A DNA stretch of 63,667 bases, filler included, from Octopus bimaculoides (GCF_001194135.2; 7 parts of 6 records of this genome joined end to end with filler, not necessarily neighbours in it), one strand, 5' to 3'. Shown: positions 1 to 13,670, numbered from the whole stretch's first letter. Notes: generated by a model not told the origin, from the letters alone. Program-made: numbers and translations.

Positions 1-39
1 TATATATATATATATATGTACATTAGATCAATTATTTCA

Positions 40-1600
40 TTAACTGTTTGCTTTCAAATTTCATTCCGCGAAATTTCAGAAAAAAATTGAATTCATTCGG
101 ATAAAAAAGAAATAGCATCATTCGTTCTATAATAACATAAGATTTGAATAATGAAGCCAGATGCATAGAACAAAATGCGTCTAACTTCGATATGGTTGAA
201 GTTACATGTACGCGAATTTGTTTGTGGGCAACATAGAACACAGGCAGGTAGCTAATGTACGTGAAGGTACTATTTTACAGCGGATATGACCCTAAAAATT
301 ATAAATATCACGATAGAAGTCTAATTTACTGATTTACTGATAAACTCGTGAATTGCCACACCGTTTTAGTAAAAAGAAGTGATCCAAGAACTACCAAAGT
401 ATGAATATTCTTCATAATCTTATTCACCACTAAAAGGTTCTGTTTCCTATTTATCTATACTTTGACTACAAATAACTTCTTTTTTTTTTTTTCAACTGGA
501 CACTGCAATTGATCTCAACTTAGAGTTCTATACCTTCACAAATAACATCTCCCACTAAGTTTCAAATTAAAAATTGACGAAGCACTTGATGTTGGAATGC
601 GGAATATTATTGAAAAAATACAAAATAATATCATTTGTATACGAAACTAATCGTTTGGAAAATCTTAACTCCTTTATAAAAAAAGGTTATTTACGCGTGA
701 AGCTCTTTTCTACCATTTACGAACACATACATAAACGCAACATGATCGCTGTGATAAAGAATCTTATATATCATAAAGAGAAAAACATGATTTAAATCTC
801 TGAGGGAGAGAGGAACAGTAATAGGACCGGATAGTAATGTTTTTATGCCAACATAACGTGACAGCCCTGTAAAGGACGATGTTACTGTTATTTTAGCCCA
901 AGGAAAGCCTCTTTTCCAGTTGACTAACGACACATAGTGTGTGTCCTTAAATATCATGTATATGTATATATCATAGCCCCTAGCACTCGCAACCCTAACG
1001 CACGTAACAGCGGTGACGCCCTCTCCCAGCCTCACACTAGTAACGATGGCTTTTCCGTCCTACCTTCCTACCTCGAGGATAACTGACCGTAGGAATCAGC
1101 GTATGGCAGGGATTAATCCTATGCCCACTGCTAGTGAGAAAACGTGTAATTGTCGGGTCTTTCAACTATATCTGTCAAATGGATTTTTTTTAAAGCTGTA
1201 ATGTCATATATAAATGCCGAGTAATAATAACCCCAGTTTCCCCACCAGGCTAGAATCTACATTGGCGGCACTGTTGATTTCAAGTGCTTCTACCAGGCTC
1301 ACGTGAATTCATTCTCAAATGGAGCCTCTAAACTTTCCACCTCCCTAGCTACATATATACACCACCTCCCATGATATTACCTATACCTTATCCCATGATA
1401 TTCCCTATACCTTATCTTGGTCCGGTGTTCGTGGGGTTTCTCTTTACAACACTTACCACCTTGTTTGGAAGCTACCTTGAAACTCATTTGGCTTCTGACG
1501 TAATCTTCTCGTGTATGCACAAATTTTATTCTGCATTTGCTCATTACGTAAAGTCTTTATGATTTCTCCTAATTGCAGTGAAGCTCTTATTATTTAGATC
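40..1600 (+). mobile_element. Degenerate Penelope-like retroelement (RT fragments followed by GIY-YIG endonuclease fragments)
   Basis: Broken frames resemble the PLE RT region (40-560) and a GIY-YIG region (..RIYIGGTVDFK.. at ~1250; ..STSLATYIHHL..YTLSWS.. at ~1330-1430), similar to better-preserved copies at 8070-9180 and 27170-27570. Many stops and frameshifts; boundaries approximate. Confidence 0.55.
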
Positions 1601-2558
1601 TGCCAGCACCATCTTCTTCTTTCTTGTACCACATTCTCTTTATCTCAGCGTATTTTCTTCCTTCGATACCACAACACCTACTCCTTTCCTTCATTGTCTA
1701 TATGTTTCTGGCTCTCCCTCTGGTCAGCTGCCATCCCCAATGATTTCTTGTCTGTTTAGATGGATTACCTTGACGACCAGTAGCCTTTCTTTTCATTACA
1801 CTGATTTTAACTTTACCCGCTCCCTTTATCTCTCTGTTTCCTCTCTTCTACGTCTGCTATTTCTTTCATATGTCGTAGAAATCCCCCTCCTTCTCCCTGC
1901 CTTTCTTTCTTCTATTCTACTTTTTATCCATCTTTCCCTCCTGTGTCGGGGAAATATTCCTCCCTCTTTTCACGGTGAATAAAATGATGAAGAATATCCG
2001 CATTTTGGTAGTTCTTGCATTACTTCTTTTTGCTAAAAAGGTATGGTAATTCACGAGTATATCAGTATATTAGACTTCTATCATGGTAGTTATCATTTTT
2101 AGAGTTTATATCCGTAGAAAAAAATTCGAGTAGGAACTTAACATTACGAAATTCAACGAATATTTCTATCATCCAATGTCAGCAATCTCGTTTCAAAGCA
2201 AAATATGAAGCTATTAGTTGCTAAATCCTAGAGGAAGTATCAAAAACGATGACTAGAAATTTTACTGAAGAAATGTGAGAATTATGGATTTGGGACATTT
2301 CCAAAGAAGAAAAGAAATCCAGACTCTTGTGACAACAATAACAATTGCTTCTTGACGAATATGCTGGGAACTATGGTAAGCGCTCCTCACTACTATGAAA
2401 ACGTTCTAGTACATGTAAAAGGAACACTTAAAATTGCCTTTTGTTTCGACAAAATTGCAAGTCAAAATATTAGAGAAAGAAAAGCGGGTAAGATTCAATC
2501 AATGATGGCCTGGTTGGAAAACGGTTAAAAATCCCATTAGATCTAGATATGACAGATA

Positions 2559-2768
2559 TTGAAAAGTTCCTGGTTTTAAAGGTATCACCAAAGACCTGGC
2601 TGAAAACCAAAATTTCCGAGTTCTTTTACAGAGCATAATAAAATTGAAAGATCAATGCAATGAGTATGTGAATCTGTGAGGGGAATATGTTGAATAAAAT
2701 CATGATTACTTGATCCTCCTGTATTTTCTTTTACCCAAAGCCAAGAACTTTTCATCATCCCAGGTATA
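2559..2768 (+). mobile_element. Mariner-derived MITE
   Basis: Inverted pair GAAAAGTTCCTGGTTTT (2561-2577) / AAAGCCAAGAACTTTTC (2737-2753). The interior reads KLKDQCNEYVNL*GEYVE*, like a mariner transposase C-terminus. Confidence 0.6.
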
Positions 2769-3029
2769 AACTTACAGTGCTTTCTCAGATAATTGTGGGA
2801 TAAAAATGTGGGATAGTTGGGGGATAAAAATGTGGGATAAAAAGGACAAACTATATACTCTAGACTTGGAACAGGACATAGACTATGGTGAATTAAGGTC
2901 AAACACAACGACAAAGCGCATAGAACAACAAACGAGACCAAACAATAGAGACTGATTCACTTTTAATCTATAGATAGCCAGAAAAGTGAAACAAAGGAAA
3001 AAGAAACAGTTCAGCAAGAATTAAAGGAA

Positions 3030-3560
3030 TAAGACCCAAAATTATTAATTTGACACAAAAAAAAAAAAAGAATTTGGATAATGAGGAATTCAGCTTTTTG
3101 CAAAAGGACTAAAACATCGGGACCAGTGCATTGATCTCCTTACCAAATTCCTATTTTATAAAAAACAGAGACATAGATCAGTACTTGAACTTTAAAACGT
3201 CATCTAACATATGCAAAACGCAACATTCCGTATTGACTAGTAAAGAAAATTTGTAAAATTATTGAGAACTTAAAAGAGTTATACTTAAACAAAAATATCA
3301 ACCCCTGCATGTACAAAAAGATATAGAATATGCAACCCATATATCTACAATTTCGGGCAACACTAGAAAGAGGAAGAAGAAATCATATGGAACGCTTGTT
3401 AAAAACAAGAGGCAACTTAAAATTTTGAAGCATTTATGAACACAGCAAAATTTGATCTAAGAAACGACGACTAAAACCTCACAGTAAGATAAATGCACTG
3501 AGAATCATTGTAGTACATGTCAATTTATATATGCTGGTCATTACAACAACACAAAGATCG
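3030..3560 (+). mobile_element. Penelope-like RT C-terminal remnant
   Basis: Frameshifted FYKKTET..DQYLNFK.. at ~3150-3200 resembles the PLE post-RT motif YRKPTHTDQYLHFxSxHP. Confidence 0.45.
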
Positions 3561-5794
3561 GAAGAAAAGTATTGGCTAAATTGAAAATTTAATATCAAAA
3601 CACATGAGAATACACAGGCAACAAATTACGCAGCCACCTATCAGACAGATCCCATTATGTAATCGTTTGGAAACATACTGCGATAAAATGATATTCTCCA
3701 TTCTATATTTATAATTCAAATGACGTTTAAGAAAAGGCGAAAGAAAAGAATTTTGTTCATGAGTTTAGACCTTTACTGAATGAACAATAATATTAATATT
3801 AATTAGTGTTATGTAAATATTCATTTAGTGATAGTTACTGCTGCTTCGTATAATATCAACTGAAGTTTGTTTAAAACATAAAGCTAGTTGAGAAACCACA
3901 AGAATATAAGATAAAATGTAAAATTCCGACTTCGTTAGATCTTAACTTATATATATGTGCGTATATGTGTATGTATGTATGTGTAAATGTATGTATGGAT
4001 GTATGTATGTATGCGTGAATATATGTATGTATGTACGTATGTATGTACGTATGTATGTGTGTATGTGTGTGAATACATAATATAATTATTAAAAAGTGTT
4101 AATTTTATACTTAGCACACGCGCACTCAAGCACAGACGTTCATATAAACGTTTATAGATAGATAGATAGATAGATATCTTTTTATTATAGCCACACAGGG
4201 CTAAATACAGAAAATGGACAAATTACAAAGTAGAGCTTTTCTTGGGGGGGGGGATAATTTGGATCAAAAGGGATCGCGGGAAGAAAAANNNNNNNNNNNN
4301 NNNNNNNNNNNNNNNNNNNNNNNNNNNNNNNNNNNNNNNNNNNNNNNNNNNNNNNNNNNNNNNNNNNNNNNNNNNNNNNNNNNNNNNNNNNNNNNNNNNN
4401 NNNNNNNNNNNNNNNNNNNNNNNNNNNNNNNNNNNNNNNNNNNNNNNNNNNNNNNNNNNNNNNNNNNNNNNNNNNNNNNNNNNNNNNNNNNNNNNNNNNN
4501 NNNNNNNNNNNNNNNNNNNNNNNNNNNNNNNNNNNNNNNNNNNNNNNNNNNNNNNNNNNNNNNNNNNNNNNNNNNNNNNNNNNNNNNNNNNNNNNNNNNN
4601 NNNNNNNNNNNNNNNNNNNNNNNNNNNNNNNNNNNNNNNNNNNNNNNNNNNNNNNNNNNNNNNNNNNNNNNNNNNNNNNNNNNNNNNNNNNNNNNNNNNN
4701 NNNNNNNNNNNNNNNNNNNNNNNNNNNNNNNNNNNNNNNNNNNNNNNNNNNNNNNNNNNNNNNNNNNNNNNNNNNNNNNNNNNNNNNNNNNNNNNNNNNN
4801 NNNNNNNNNNNNNNNNNNNNNNNNNNNNNNNNNNNNNNNNNNNNNNNNNNNNNNNNNNNNNNNNNNNNNNNNNNNNNNNNNNNNNNNNNNNNNNNNNNNN
4901 NNNNNNNNNNNNNNNNNNNNNNNNNNNNNNNNNNNNNNNNNNNNNNNNNNNNNNNNNNNNNNNNNNNNNNNNNNNNNNNNNNNNNNNNNNNNNNNNNNNN
5001 NNNNNNNNNNNNNNNNNNNNNNNNNNNNNNNNNNNNNNNNNNNNNNNNNNNNNNNNNNNNNNNNNNNNNNNNNNNNNNNNNNNNNNNNNNNNNNNNNNNN
5101 NNNNNNNNNNNNNNNNNNNNNNNNNNNNNNNNNNNNNNNNNNNNNNNNNNNNNNNNNNNNNNNNNNNNNNNNNNNNNNNNNNNNNNNNNNNNNNNNNNNN
5201 NNNNNNNNNNNNNNNNNNNNNNNNNNNNNNNNNNNNNNNNNNNNNNNNNNNNNNNNNNNNNNNNNNNNNNNNNNNNATATATACATATATATATACATAC
5301 TATATATACATATATATATACATATATATATACATACTATATATACATACTATATATACATTTATATAGATATAAATACATATATACATATTTATACACA
5401 CACACAACATTTGAATTGAAGGGAATAAATAAATGCAGTAATATAGTTATAAAATACTGATTACAAACTAAATTAAAAGCTTTGGGAATTATGCAAATAG
5501 GGACCCTATCTTCTACCTCGAAGATTATCACTGGTGTTTGTTTTTGCTGTAAAGAACATGTTCAAAGTTATTTAACGTTTCGTCTCTTGCTAGTAAGTGT
5601 AGCCCTGTGAGCTGACTGAGATCATAACGTCCTCTTGTGATGTTGATGTTACATTCATGATTATGCTTGTCATTAGCAAAGAGTTGCAAACCTTGAATTA
5701 TAAATCTCAACCCTTTACAGAAGTGAATGGAGCTACTTGTTATGCCATTCACTCTTGTCCTAACAGTATCAACCCCTCATCAGACAAACTATGC

Positions 5795-5935
5795 TTAGTA
5801 GACTTCAGCAACTCGGCCGTCTTCTACGACTTCTTCCTGGACTCTGTTACGCAACTGACATGTTATCTGGTCATCTGAGGGTATAACTCCATCCCATGTA
5901 TCAGAAATTTCATTCACGGCACCCATGATTTTCAA
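5795..5935 (-). CDS. Candidate phase-0 terminal exon, unknown protein (LKIMGAVNEISDTWDGVIPSDDQITCQLRNRVQEEVVEDGRVAEVY*)
   Basis: Good acceptor (ctgctttcag), 46 open codons to TAA, non-repetitive and relatively GC-rich. No family recognised. Confidence 0.2.
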   Translation of the reverse strand: MKIMGAVNEISDTWDGVIPSDDQITCQLRNRVQEEVVEDGRVAEVY

Positions 5936-6104
5936 CTGAAAGCAGTTTATAACTACATTGCACCTCCACCCCAATCAATTACATTCTTTAGTGTTTCAAA
6001 GTTCTTCTCAGGTAATATGCCATGAAGTTAGCTATCAAACCTCGGGAGAAGAAACTGTCTTCTGGAAATATCATGCAATCTCATAATAATATTTAAAGCA
6101 CTTA

Positions 6105-6325
6105 AGGCGGTGAGAGGACACAACCATTAGCTTGATGGATAAAATGCTTGACAGTATTTAGCACGTCTTTAAGATCTGAGTTCAAATTCCAGCGAGGTCG
6201 ACTTTGCTCGTCATCCATTCGGAAGTCGATAAATTAAGTACTAGCTGGGCACTGGAGTCGATGTAATCGACAAGCCCCCTCTTCCGATCTTGCTGGTCTT
6301 GTGTCAAAATATGAAACCAATATTT
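6105..6325 (+). mobile_element. tRNA-derived SINE, family A (my label)
   Basis: AAGGCGG head, B-box-like TCTGAGTTCAAATTCC and body GTCGATAAATTAAGTAC, shared with the copies at 22257, 28056, 29955 and 35095. Confidence 0.75.
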
Positions 6326-7094
6326 AAATCAAGTAAATGGCTGAGGAGCAGTCTTAAAAGTAAAAGGCTTTGTTAGAAATGTTATACTTGACACAGAAAT
6401 TTAATAGGTGGGCAAAAATGTTCTAAAGCCGTTTTACAAAAAAAGTTACAGTCATCCAAGCTTTCTTATTTGTATATCAAACCCCGGGTAGCTTAAGCAT
6501 TATGTAGTCCTTGAGACCCTTTAATTTTGGGGTTTTTATATGATGCATGCGTAGGGCTTTAATTCAACATCCCCAACATTTATTCCCACAAGCTTGTTAC
6601 TGTATAAGTGAAATTGTAATATTACACAGAACATAAACAGCCGCATAAAGAAACAAAAGAAACTGCACGGATTAATTAGATTCACAGTTAAAATAACATT
6701 CATTTAGGCCGACATTCACACATATGTATGTATGTATGTATGTATGTATGCATGTATGTATGTATGCATGCATGTATGTATGCATGTATGTATGTATGTA
6801 TGTATGTATTCGTGTATGTGCTTGTATGTTTGCGTGTGCCGCTGGTTTAACAGCATGAAAAGATTCTAAATGAACATCGCAGTCATAGAAGCAATGTTGT
6901 TCACTTCTAGACTTCCATCAAAATATGTCCAGCGAAGAGGAGATATTACCTATCTAGTAAACATGTGAGTGTTGGAGAGCGGAAGGTGCCAGATGTAAAG
7001 GTTTTGCCACAACAAATTCCGTCGAACACGCAGAAACTTGGAAGAGTGAACATTAAAAAGATGATGCTGCATATACATATACATATACATATGC

Positions 7095-7137
<43 letters not shown>

Positions 7138-7250
7138 GGTGGGTGTGTGTGTGTATGTGTGTGTGTGTGTGTGTATATTTACATATATATATGTATATAT
7201 ATTTAAGAATTTAAGGATTGGAGAAAACGCATGTTATAATTGCATACTTT

Positions 7251-7501
7251 ATTCCTACATATGTTTCAAAGGATTACAACCTGTGTGATCCATAGGGATC
7301 TTTGATATTAAAATTGTAACCTTCTCATCAGGGAAAGCATGGGAATCATCTTAAACGTAAGACATTATGACAGATAATCGGTCATAATGTCTTACGTTTA
7401 AGATGATTCCCATGCTTTCCCTTATGAGAAGGTTACAATTTTAATATCAAAGATCCCTATGGATCACACAGGTTGTAATCCTTTGAAACATATGTAGGAA
7501 T
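7251..7501. repeat. Near-perfect inverted repeat (121-bp arms, 9-nt spacer, one mismatch) running into a gap
   Basis: 7251-7371 is the reverse complement of 7381-7501 except ctcatCaggg vs ctcatAaggg. Confidence 0.95.
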
Positions 7502-8069
7502 NNNNNNNNNNNNNNNNNNNNNNNNNNNNNNNNNNNNNNNNNNNNNNNNNNNNNNNNNNNNNNNNNNNNNNNNNNNNNNNNNNNNNNNNNNNNNNNNNNN
7601 NNNNNNNNNNNNNNNNNNNNNNNNNNNNNNNNNNNNNNNNNNNNNNNNNNNNNNNNNNNNNNNNNNNNNNNNNNNNNNNNNNNNNNNNNNNNNNNNNNNN
7701 NNNNNNNNNNNNNNNNNNNNNNNNNNNNNNNNNNNNNNNNNNNNNNNNNNNNNNNNNNNNNNNNNNNNNNNNNNNNNNNNNNNNNNNNNNNNNNNNNNNN
7801 NNNNNNNNNNNNNNNNNNNNNNNNNNNNNNNNNNNNNNNNNNNNNNNNNNNNNNNNNNNNNNNNNNNNNNNNNNNNNNNNNNNNNNNNNNNNNNNNNNNN
7901 NNNNNNNNNNNNNNNNNNNNNNNNNNNNNNNNNNNNNNNNNNNNNNNNNNNNNNNNNNNNNNNNNNNNNNNNNNNNNNNNNNNNNNNNNNNNNNNNNNNN
8001 NNNNNNNNNNNNNNNNNNNNNNNNNNNNNNNNNNNNNNNNNNNNNNNNNNNNNNNNNNNNCGTATTTTG

Positions 8070-8406
8070 AGACTTTAGGCTAATGGTAGTGTATTTAAAC
8101 AAAGTCTAAATTACTGTAGCTACGCATTATTTGAAGCTGGATGCAAAGCTAAAATTTATTATATCCAGAATCAAAATAATAGTAACATTCCTGGAAACTA
8201 TAGAATATTAAATATGCCGGTGATTAAAAAATATAAAATTTAGATAGAAGTAAATGTATTAAGCAATCTTTTTTAAGTTAGATAGAAGCTGGAAGAATAA
8301 GGATACAAACTTGATAGGCAAAACTTGATAAGCATTGAAGATGAGCATATTATTAAAAGTATTGGTCTAAATTTCTAGATGCAGAATATTTGCTGATATA
8401 AATAGT

Positions 8407-8438
<32 letters not shown>

Positions 8439-9180
8439 GAAAATTAAGAATAAAAATTACAGTAGAAAAAAATCCAATATTAATGAAATTAATGCTAAGA
8501 AAAATGTACATATAAATAATAGAAAGAATACATCAAGAAATACTGTTTGGTATAATGCCCCATTCTCATATTCAATAGCTACGAATACCTTTCGAAAATT
8601 CTTTGCTACACTAGATAGGTATTTCTTACCTACAAGTAGATATGAGAAATCATTTAATCGGCATACTATGAAGTTATCATATTCAACCACAAGCAATTTA
8701 GCTGAGGTTATAGCAGCACGCAATAAACGGAGAATTAGGGTATGTCTTAATTCTAAATTTATAACCAAGAGTGCAATAGATAATGTGTATTGTGAAATTA
8801 ACTCTAATGATAATCTTTCTGAACTAGTTTCAATTCTCTAAGTAATTACGGCTCTAATAATAGAGTTAAGCTATCACATAACATTAATGTTAATTGTAAC
8901 AATAATAATAATAATCCCACTTAGTAGAAATTCTTTTAACTATGAGTACCAAATAAAAGTGAATAAATGCCTGCGTAATTGTAAAAACAAAATTGTATGC
9001 CCTATAGAAAATCAGTGTTTAAGGGAAAATATAGTCTATCAGTGTCAAGTAATATCAGGAGTCGGAAGTATTATTACATTGGTTCATCTGCTACGATTTG
9101 GAAATCTAGATTTCATAATCATTCTTCGTCGTTTAAGTATAGAAGTAAAACCAATTCTACAAATCTTAGTAAATCCATAT
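8070..9180 (+). mobile_element. Penelope-like element remnant: post-RT region, Cys linker and GIY-YIG
   Basis: RNTVWYNAPFSYSIATNTFRKFFATLDRYF..FNRHTMKLSYS (~8540-8700), CNCKNKIVCPIENQCLRENIVYQCQV, then a frameshift to YYIGSSATIWKSRFHNHSSSF (GIY-YIG-type). Confidence 0.8.
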
Positions 9181-9194
9181 ATATATATATATAT

Positions 9195-9241
<47 letters not shown>

Positions 9242-9264
9242 TGCTACCAGGTTAATCCATTAAG

Positions 9265-9530
9265 CGGGAAGAGCTATTCTAAGAGCGCGTTCTGCCTCTC
9301 TTCGAAACGGTTAGTTTAGAATAGAGGCAGCTGATGAAGGAAAAGTTCCATAAGTGGCTCGTCTGTTTTCCTATGTGTCCGTATTTTGTGCTTTGCTTAT
9401 GTTCCCGTTCCTTTTCTGACGTCCTGTACCTGGATATGCATCTATATATACATGTAGATGTAGGTATATACATATATGTATGTATACATGCATATGCTCA
9501 TATATCATTTGTATTATATATATCATGTAG
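9265..9530 (+). repeat. Dispersed repeat family C (my label), copy 1; PLE terminal-repeat-like
   Basis: GCAGCTGATGAAGGA..TGTACC..GATATGCATCTATATATACATGTAGATGT, shared with 43745-43950 (-) and 52165-52400 (+). Directly follows the PLE remnant. Confidence 0.7.
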
Positions 9531-10107
9531 TTTAACAGCCAGATATCTATAGAAATACTTAGTGCTCCATTCTGTAGGAAAAATATCATGTTATGTGACT
9601 ACTCCTAAAATTTACTCTTTTTACTCCCTGAAATTTAAAGACGCAACTACTGCAGAAAAAAATGCAAAACTGTATGATTAAAGAAAGAATTAATGTAGGA
9701 TAATCATGTATAGCAACAGACAGTATTTAGTAAAACAGCAAATTTTCTCAGAAAACCAAAAAAACAAAAGTGAGGGTTTTATTTTATTTTTTGGTAACTT
9801 TTATAAAGTTAAACTTGAACCGTATTATGAATTTCAAAGATGCAGAGTTCTAAGTGAATTAACATTCCCAGACAGAATAAAGTAAATCAAGATCTTTTGG
9901 GAGCAATTTATCAAATATATTTCATATTCATATATTTGTATTTAATTTTTGTTAGTAATAAGCTCAAGCAAATCAGGTTACTGCTGCTTCTAAACATAAG
10001 CGTATATATTCATATATTCCTAGATATATATGTGTGTGTGTATAAACATGTAACTACACGAGCACATATGTATGCATATATACAAATATAGAGAGATATT
10101 TATGTAA

Positions 10108-10188
<81 letters not shown>

Positions 10189-10346
10189 CAACTACATATG
10201 TTGATATTTATACATACATGCATACATACATACACACACACAGATATATATACATATATATACACATATATATATATCTATGAATATATATATATATATA
10301 AAACATATATATGTAAGTATATGTGTTTACATACATATATAAATAC

Positions 10347-10405
<59 letters not shown>

Positions 10406-10915
10406 AAGAGAGAGAGAGATAGAAAGAGAGAGAGATAGAGAGAAAGAGAGAGTGAGAGAGAGAGATAAACACACACATAGAGTAACATGAATGAATATAT
10501 AGACACTCTCAACTGCACACATGCACACAATAATACAGAAATATACATATATCTTAGTATCAAAATATACAGGGTTATCAATATACATTATACATATGTA
10601 TGCAGCATATATAAATAAGTATATATTTGTGTGTGTGTGTGTTTTATATATATAAATGTATATATATAGAAAACATATAAATATGTACATCACACGGATC
10701 CGGATTCAGTTCCACTGCATGGCACTTGGGTTAGTGTCTTCTACTATAGTCTAGAGCTATATATATATATATATATATACACATACATTCATAAATATAT
10801 GCATATATATACACATATACATACATATATATGGATATATATATATGTATATACGTATATAAATGTATATATGTATATATACATATATATGCATATATAT
10901 ATGTATATATATATC

Positions 10916-10954
<39 letters not shown>

Positions 10955-11543
10955 TTTGGCACTTTTATTCTTTCTTCTTGTTTCAATTATTTGTTTACAG
11001 CCATATATATATATATATGCATGCATACATGCACACATACAGACAGACAACCATATATCCCAAACTGTGGGATATGTCCATGTAAGTGTGCATATATATT
11101 TAAGAATTGTTTAGCTTTATTAATTGCTAAAGTATATGCTGCCTCATGAATTCATACTTTATAGAAATTACTTTAAAATGAGCTATTAATCTTTTGCTGC
11201 TCCAGGAATTTTGCTTGGTAAAATGATCGGTAAACTAAACAAATATTGCACATAAAAGTTACATATCCTATGGTCTCCTGCTTCAAAACTTGTGCTTCAA
11301 TGCAAATGTTCCCATTGTAACTGGATATTTGCATAGTTGCAAAACGGAGTTCTAACACTGGGAACATATATGCATGCATTTATTCGTCATAATCCAAGAT
11401 CTGTGTATAAGTGTGTATGTATGTATGTATGTATGTATGTATGTATGTATGTATGTATGTATGTGTACGTGTATATTTATATATATACACACATACACAT
11501 ATATGCATATATATATATACACACATACGCATATGTATATATT

Positions 11544-11590
<47 letters not shown>

Positions 11591-11634
11591 NNNNNNNNNN
11601 NNNNNNNNNNNNNNNNNNNNNNNNNNNNNNNNNN

Positions 11635-11646
11635 TTAATTAATTAA
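11635..11646. other. Assembly gap linker TTAATTAATTAA between N runs (also 24754-24765, 34558-34569, 38779-38790, 56990-57001, 61987-61998)
   Basis: Identical 12-mer with stops in all six frames, always embedded in ~50-N flanks. Confidence 0.9.
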
Positions 11647-12345
11647 NNNNNNNNNNNNNNNNNNNNNNNNNNNNNNNNNNNNNNNNNNNNATATATATAA
11701 TTGTTTTTTCTTCGTATGTCTATGTGTGTACGAATATATGTGTTCAGTATCCGATTATCATTTGTTATCGGAAACTTTAAGACTTACTTAAAACATTCAA
11801 ATAGTGACGTTTTATTTTGATTATTCCAATTCCTGTCAGTGAGTGGTTCAGCTGCACAATTTTCGCCATCATCTAACTTTCTCGTTATATTGCTATCCTT
11901 ACCCATCGCACAAATAACAACGCTATTATTTTTACAAATAGAAGTCGGCTTAATTCCGCAATGTGGTCTAACTGCAGCTCGATTTCGATTTCTGGTTAGA
12001 ACTGTTCCGTTTCAAATTATGACATTATCCTTTATCGTTATTGTGAGGACTATGAACACCAGAACACAAAAAATCCTCTCGATGAAAACTACAGGCATTT
12101 TGTCTGTAACTTGGGCAAGGGACTTCTATCAAAGCTTCGTGTCGACCAATGGTTTGTAAGTGAATTTAGAAGACGGACTCCGTGGGGGAAGGAGACGAAC
12201 ATCAATTTTCCTATGTGACCGGCGATCGGCTTGAAAAAGTTTTGACATATACTTCGTAGCATTAAAACCAATGGTAGCCTTAATACACAAATAAAGCATC
12301 TTTATCCATCAATGCAGTGCTGAGCATGCATTCTCATTGTTCGAT

Positions 12346-12465
<120 letters not shown>

Positions 12466-12477
12466 GCACTCGCACAT

Positions 12478-12810
12478 ATTGCTTCCCAATCACATGGTTC
12501 CCGCTTCAGTCCCACTGCGTGGCACCTTGGGCAAGTGTCTTCTACTATAACCTCGAGCCGACTAAAACCTTGTGAATGGATTTGGTAAACGGAAGCTGAA
12601 AGAAGCCCGTCGTGTATATATGCATATTTATTTATGTGTGTGTGTGTTTGTGCCACCACCATCGCTTGACAACTGATGTTATTGTATTGATGTCCCCGTA
12701 ACAGAGCGATAGAATAAGTAGTAGGCTAACAAAGAATAAGTTCTGGGGTAGATTTGTTCGACTAAAGGCAGTGCACCAGTGTAGCTGCAGTCAAATGACT
12801 GAAACGTGTA
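12478..12810 (+). mobile_element. tRNA-derived SINE, family B (my label), with central microsatellite
   Basis: CACATGGTTCC..TTCAGTCCCACTGCGTGGCACCTTGGGCAAGTGTCTTCTACTATA head and GCAGTCAAATGACTGAAAC tail, matching the 35418-35830 copy. Confidence 0.85.
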
Positions 12811-13339
12811 ATATATATATAAATGTATGTATGTATGTATTTGTGCCTGTGTATGTTGTGTGTTCTACACTGCTTGGTTACTTTCGGCCTCATAACTTAA
12901 CGGTAACAGAAGGAGTAATGACCTGAAATTATAAGAACTGGTTACTATTTGACCGATTAAACCAGTAATGTTGGTACCAGCACATGACTACAGTTGGATG
13001 ACCAAAAACAAGTGAAAGATAAAAGATATGGTCGAACAAAATGCCATTATTAATAAATAGCAGAAGAAAAACCATCGCTATGCTGTCGGTTTTTTGCTAG
13101 CTTATGCAATCAGCGTATGTATGTATGTCATTGTTCAGTCTATTTCAAGATTTCTCGCCAATACAGAAAGAGTCGGTTTCTAATTTTGGTTCAAGGAATT
13201 ACATCAACAACAGGGTATTTTTGTTTGTATGTATGTATGTATGTATATGTGTATATTTGTATGTTTTGCTTTGTCTATATTCTCATGCACATAGTTGCAT
13301 ATCTAGACATGCTCATACAATTTTAAATGATAAATAGTT

Positions 13340-13670
13340 TTTAAAGATTTTTACAGTTACAGTAATGGATTGGATCTGTAGTCTTCAATTTAGCTTTCTC
13401 CTTTCTGGTTTTGAGAAGCCTAATTTCTCAAGATTGGTCTTTAGGCAGTGTGTTACATATCCCATGGCTCTAATAATCACAGGTATAAATCTGAAAATTT
13501 AATCTGGATAGAATAACTGCAGATTTCTCAATAGTTCAGCGTAGGTGTTCTCGTTTTCACTGATCTTCAGCTTAATGTTAACATCCGCTGGGAAGCTAAT
13601 TTCCACAACTGTGCACAGTTTCTCTTATCGATTCCCAAATCATTATAACGGGTCTGTTGTGCTTGCATTT
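13340..13670 (-). mobile_element. 3' end of an RLE-type (R4/Dong-like) non-LTR retrotransposon
   Basis: Minus strand reads ..KLCTVVEISFPADVNIKLKISENENTYAELLRNLQLFYPD..ALGYVTHCL..NLEKLGFSKPERRKL.., resembling a restriction-like endonuclease C-terminus. Confidence 0.75.
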
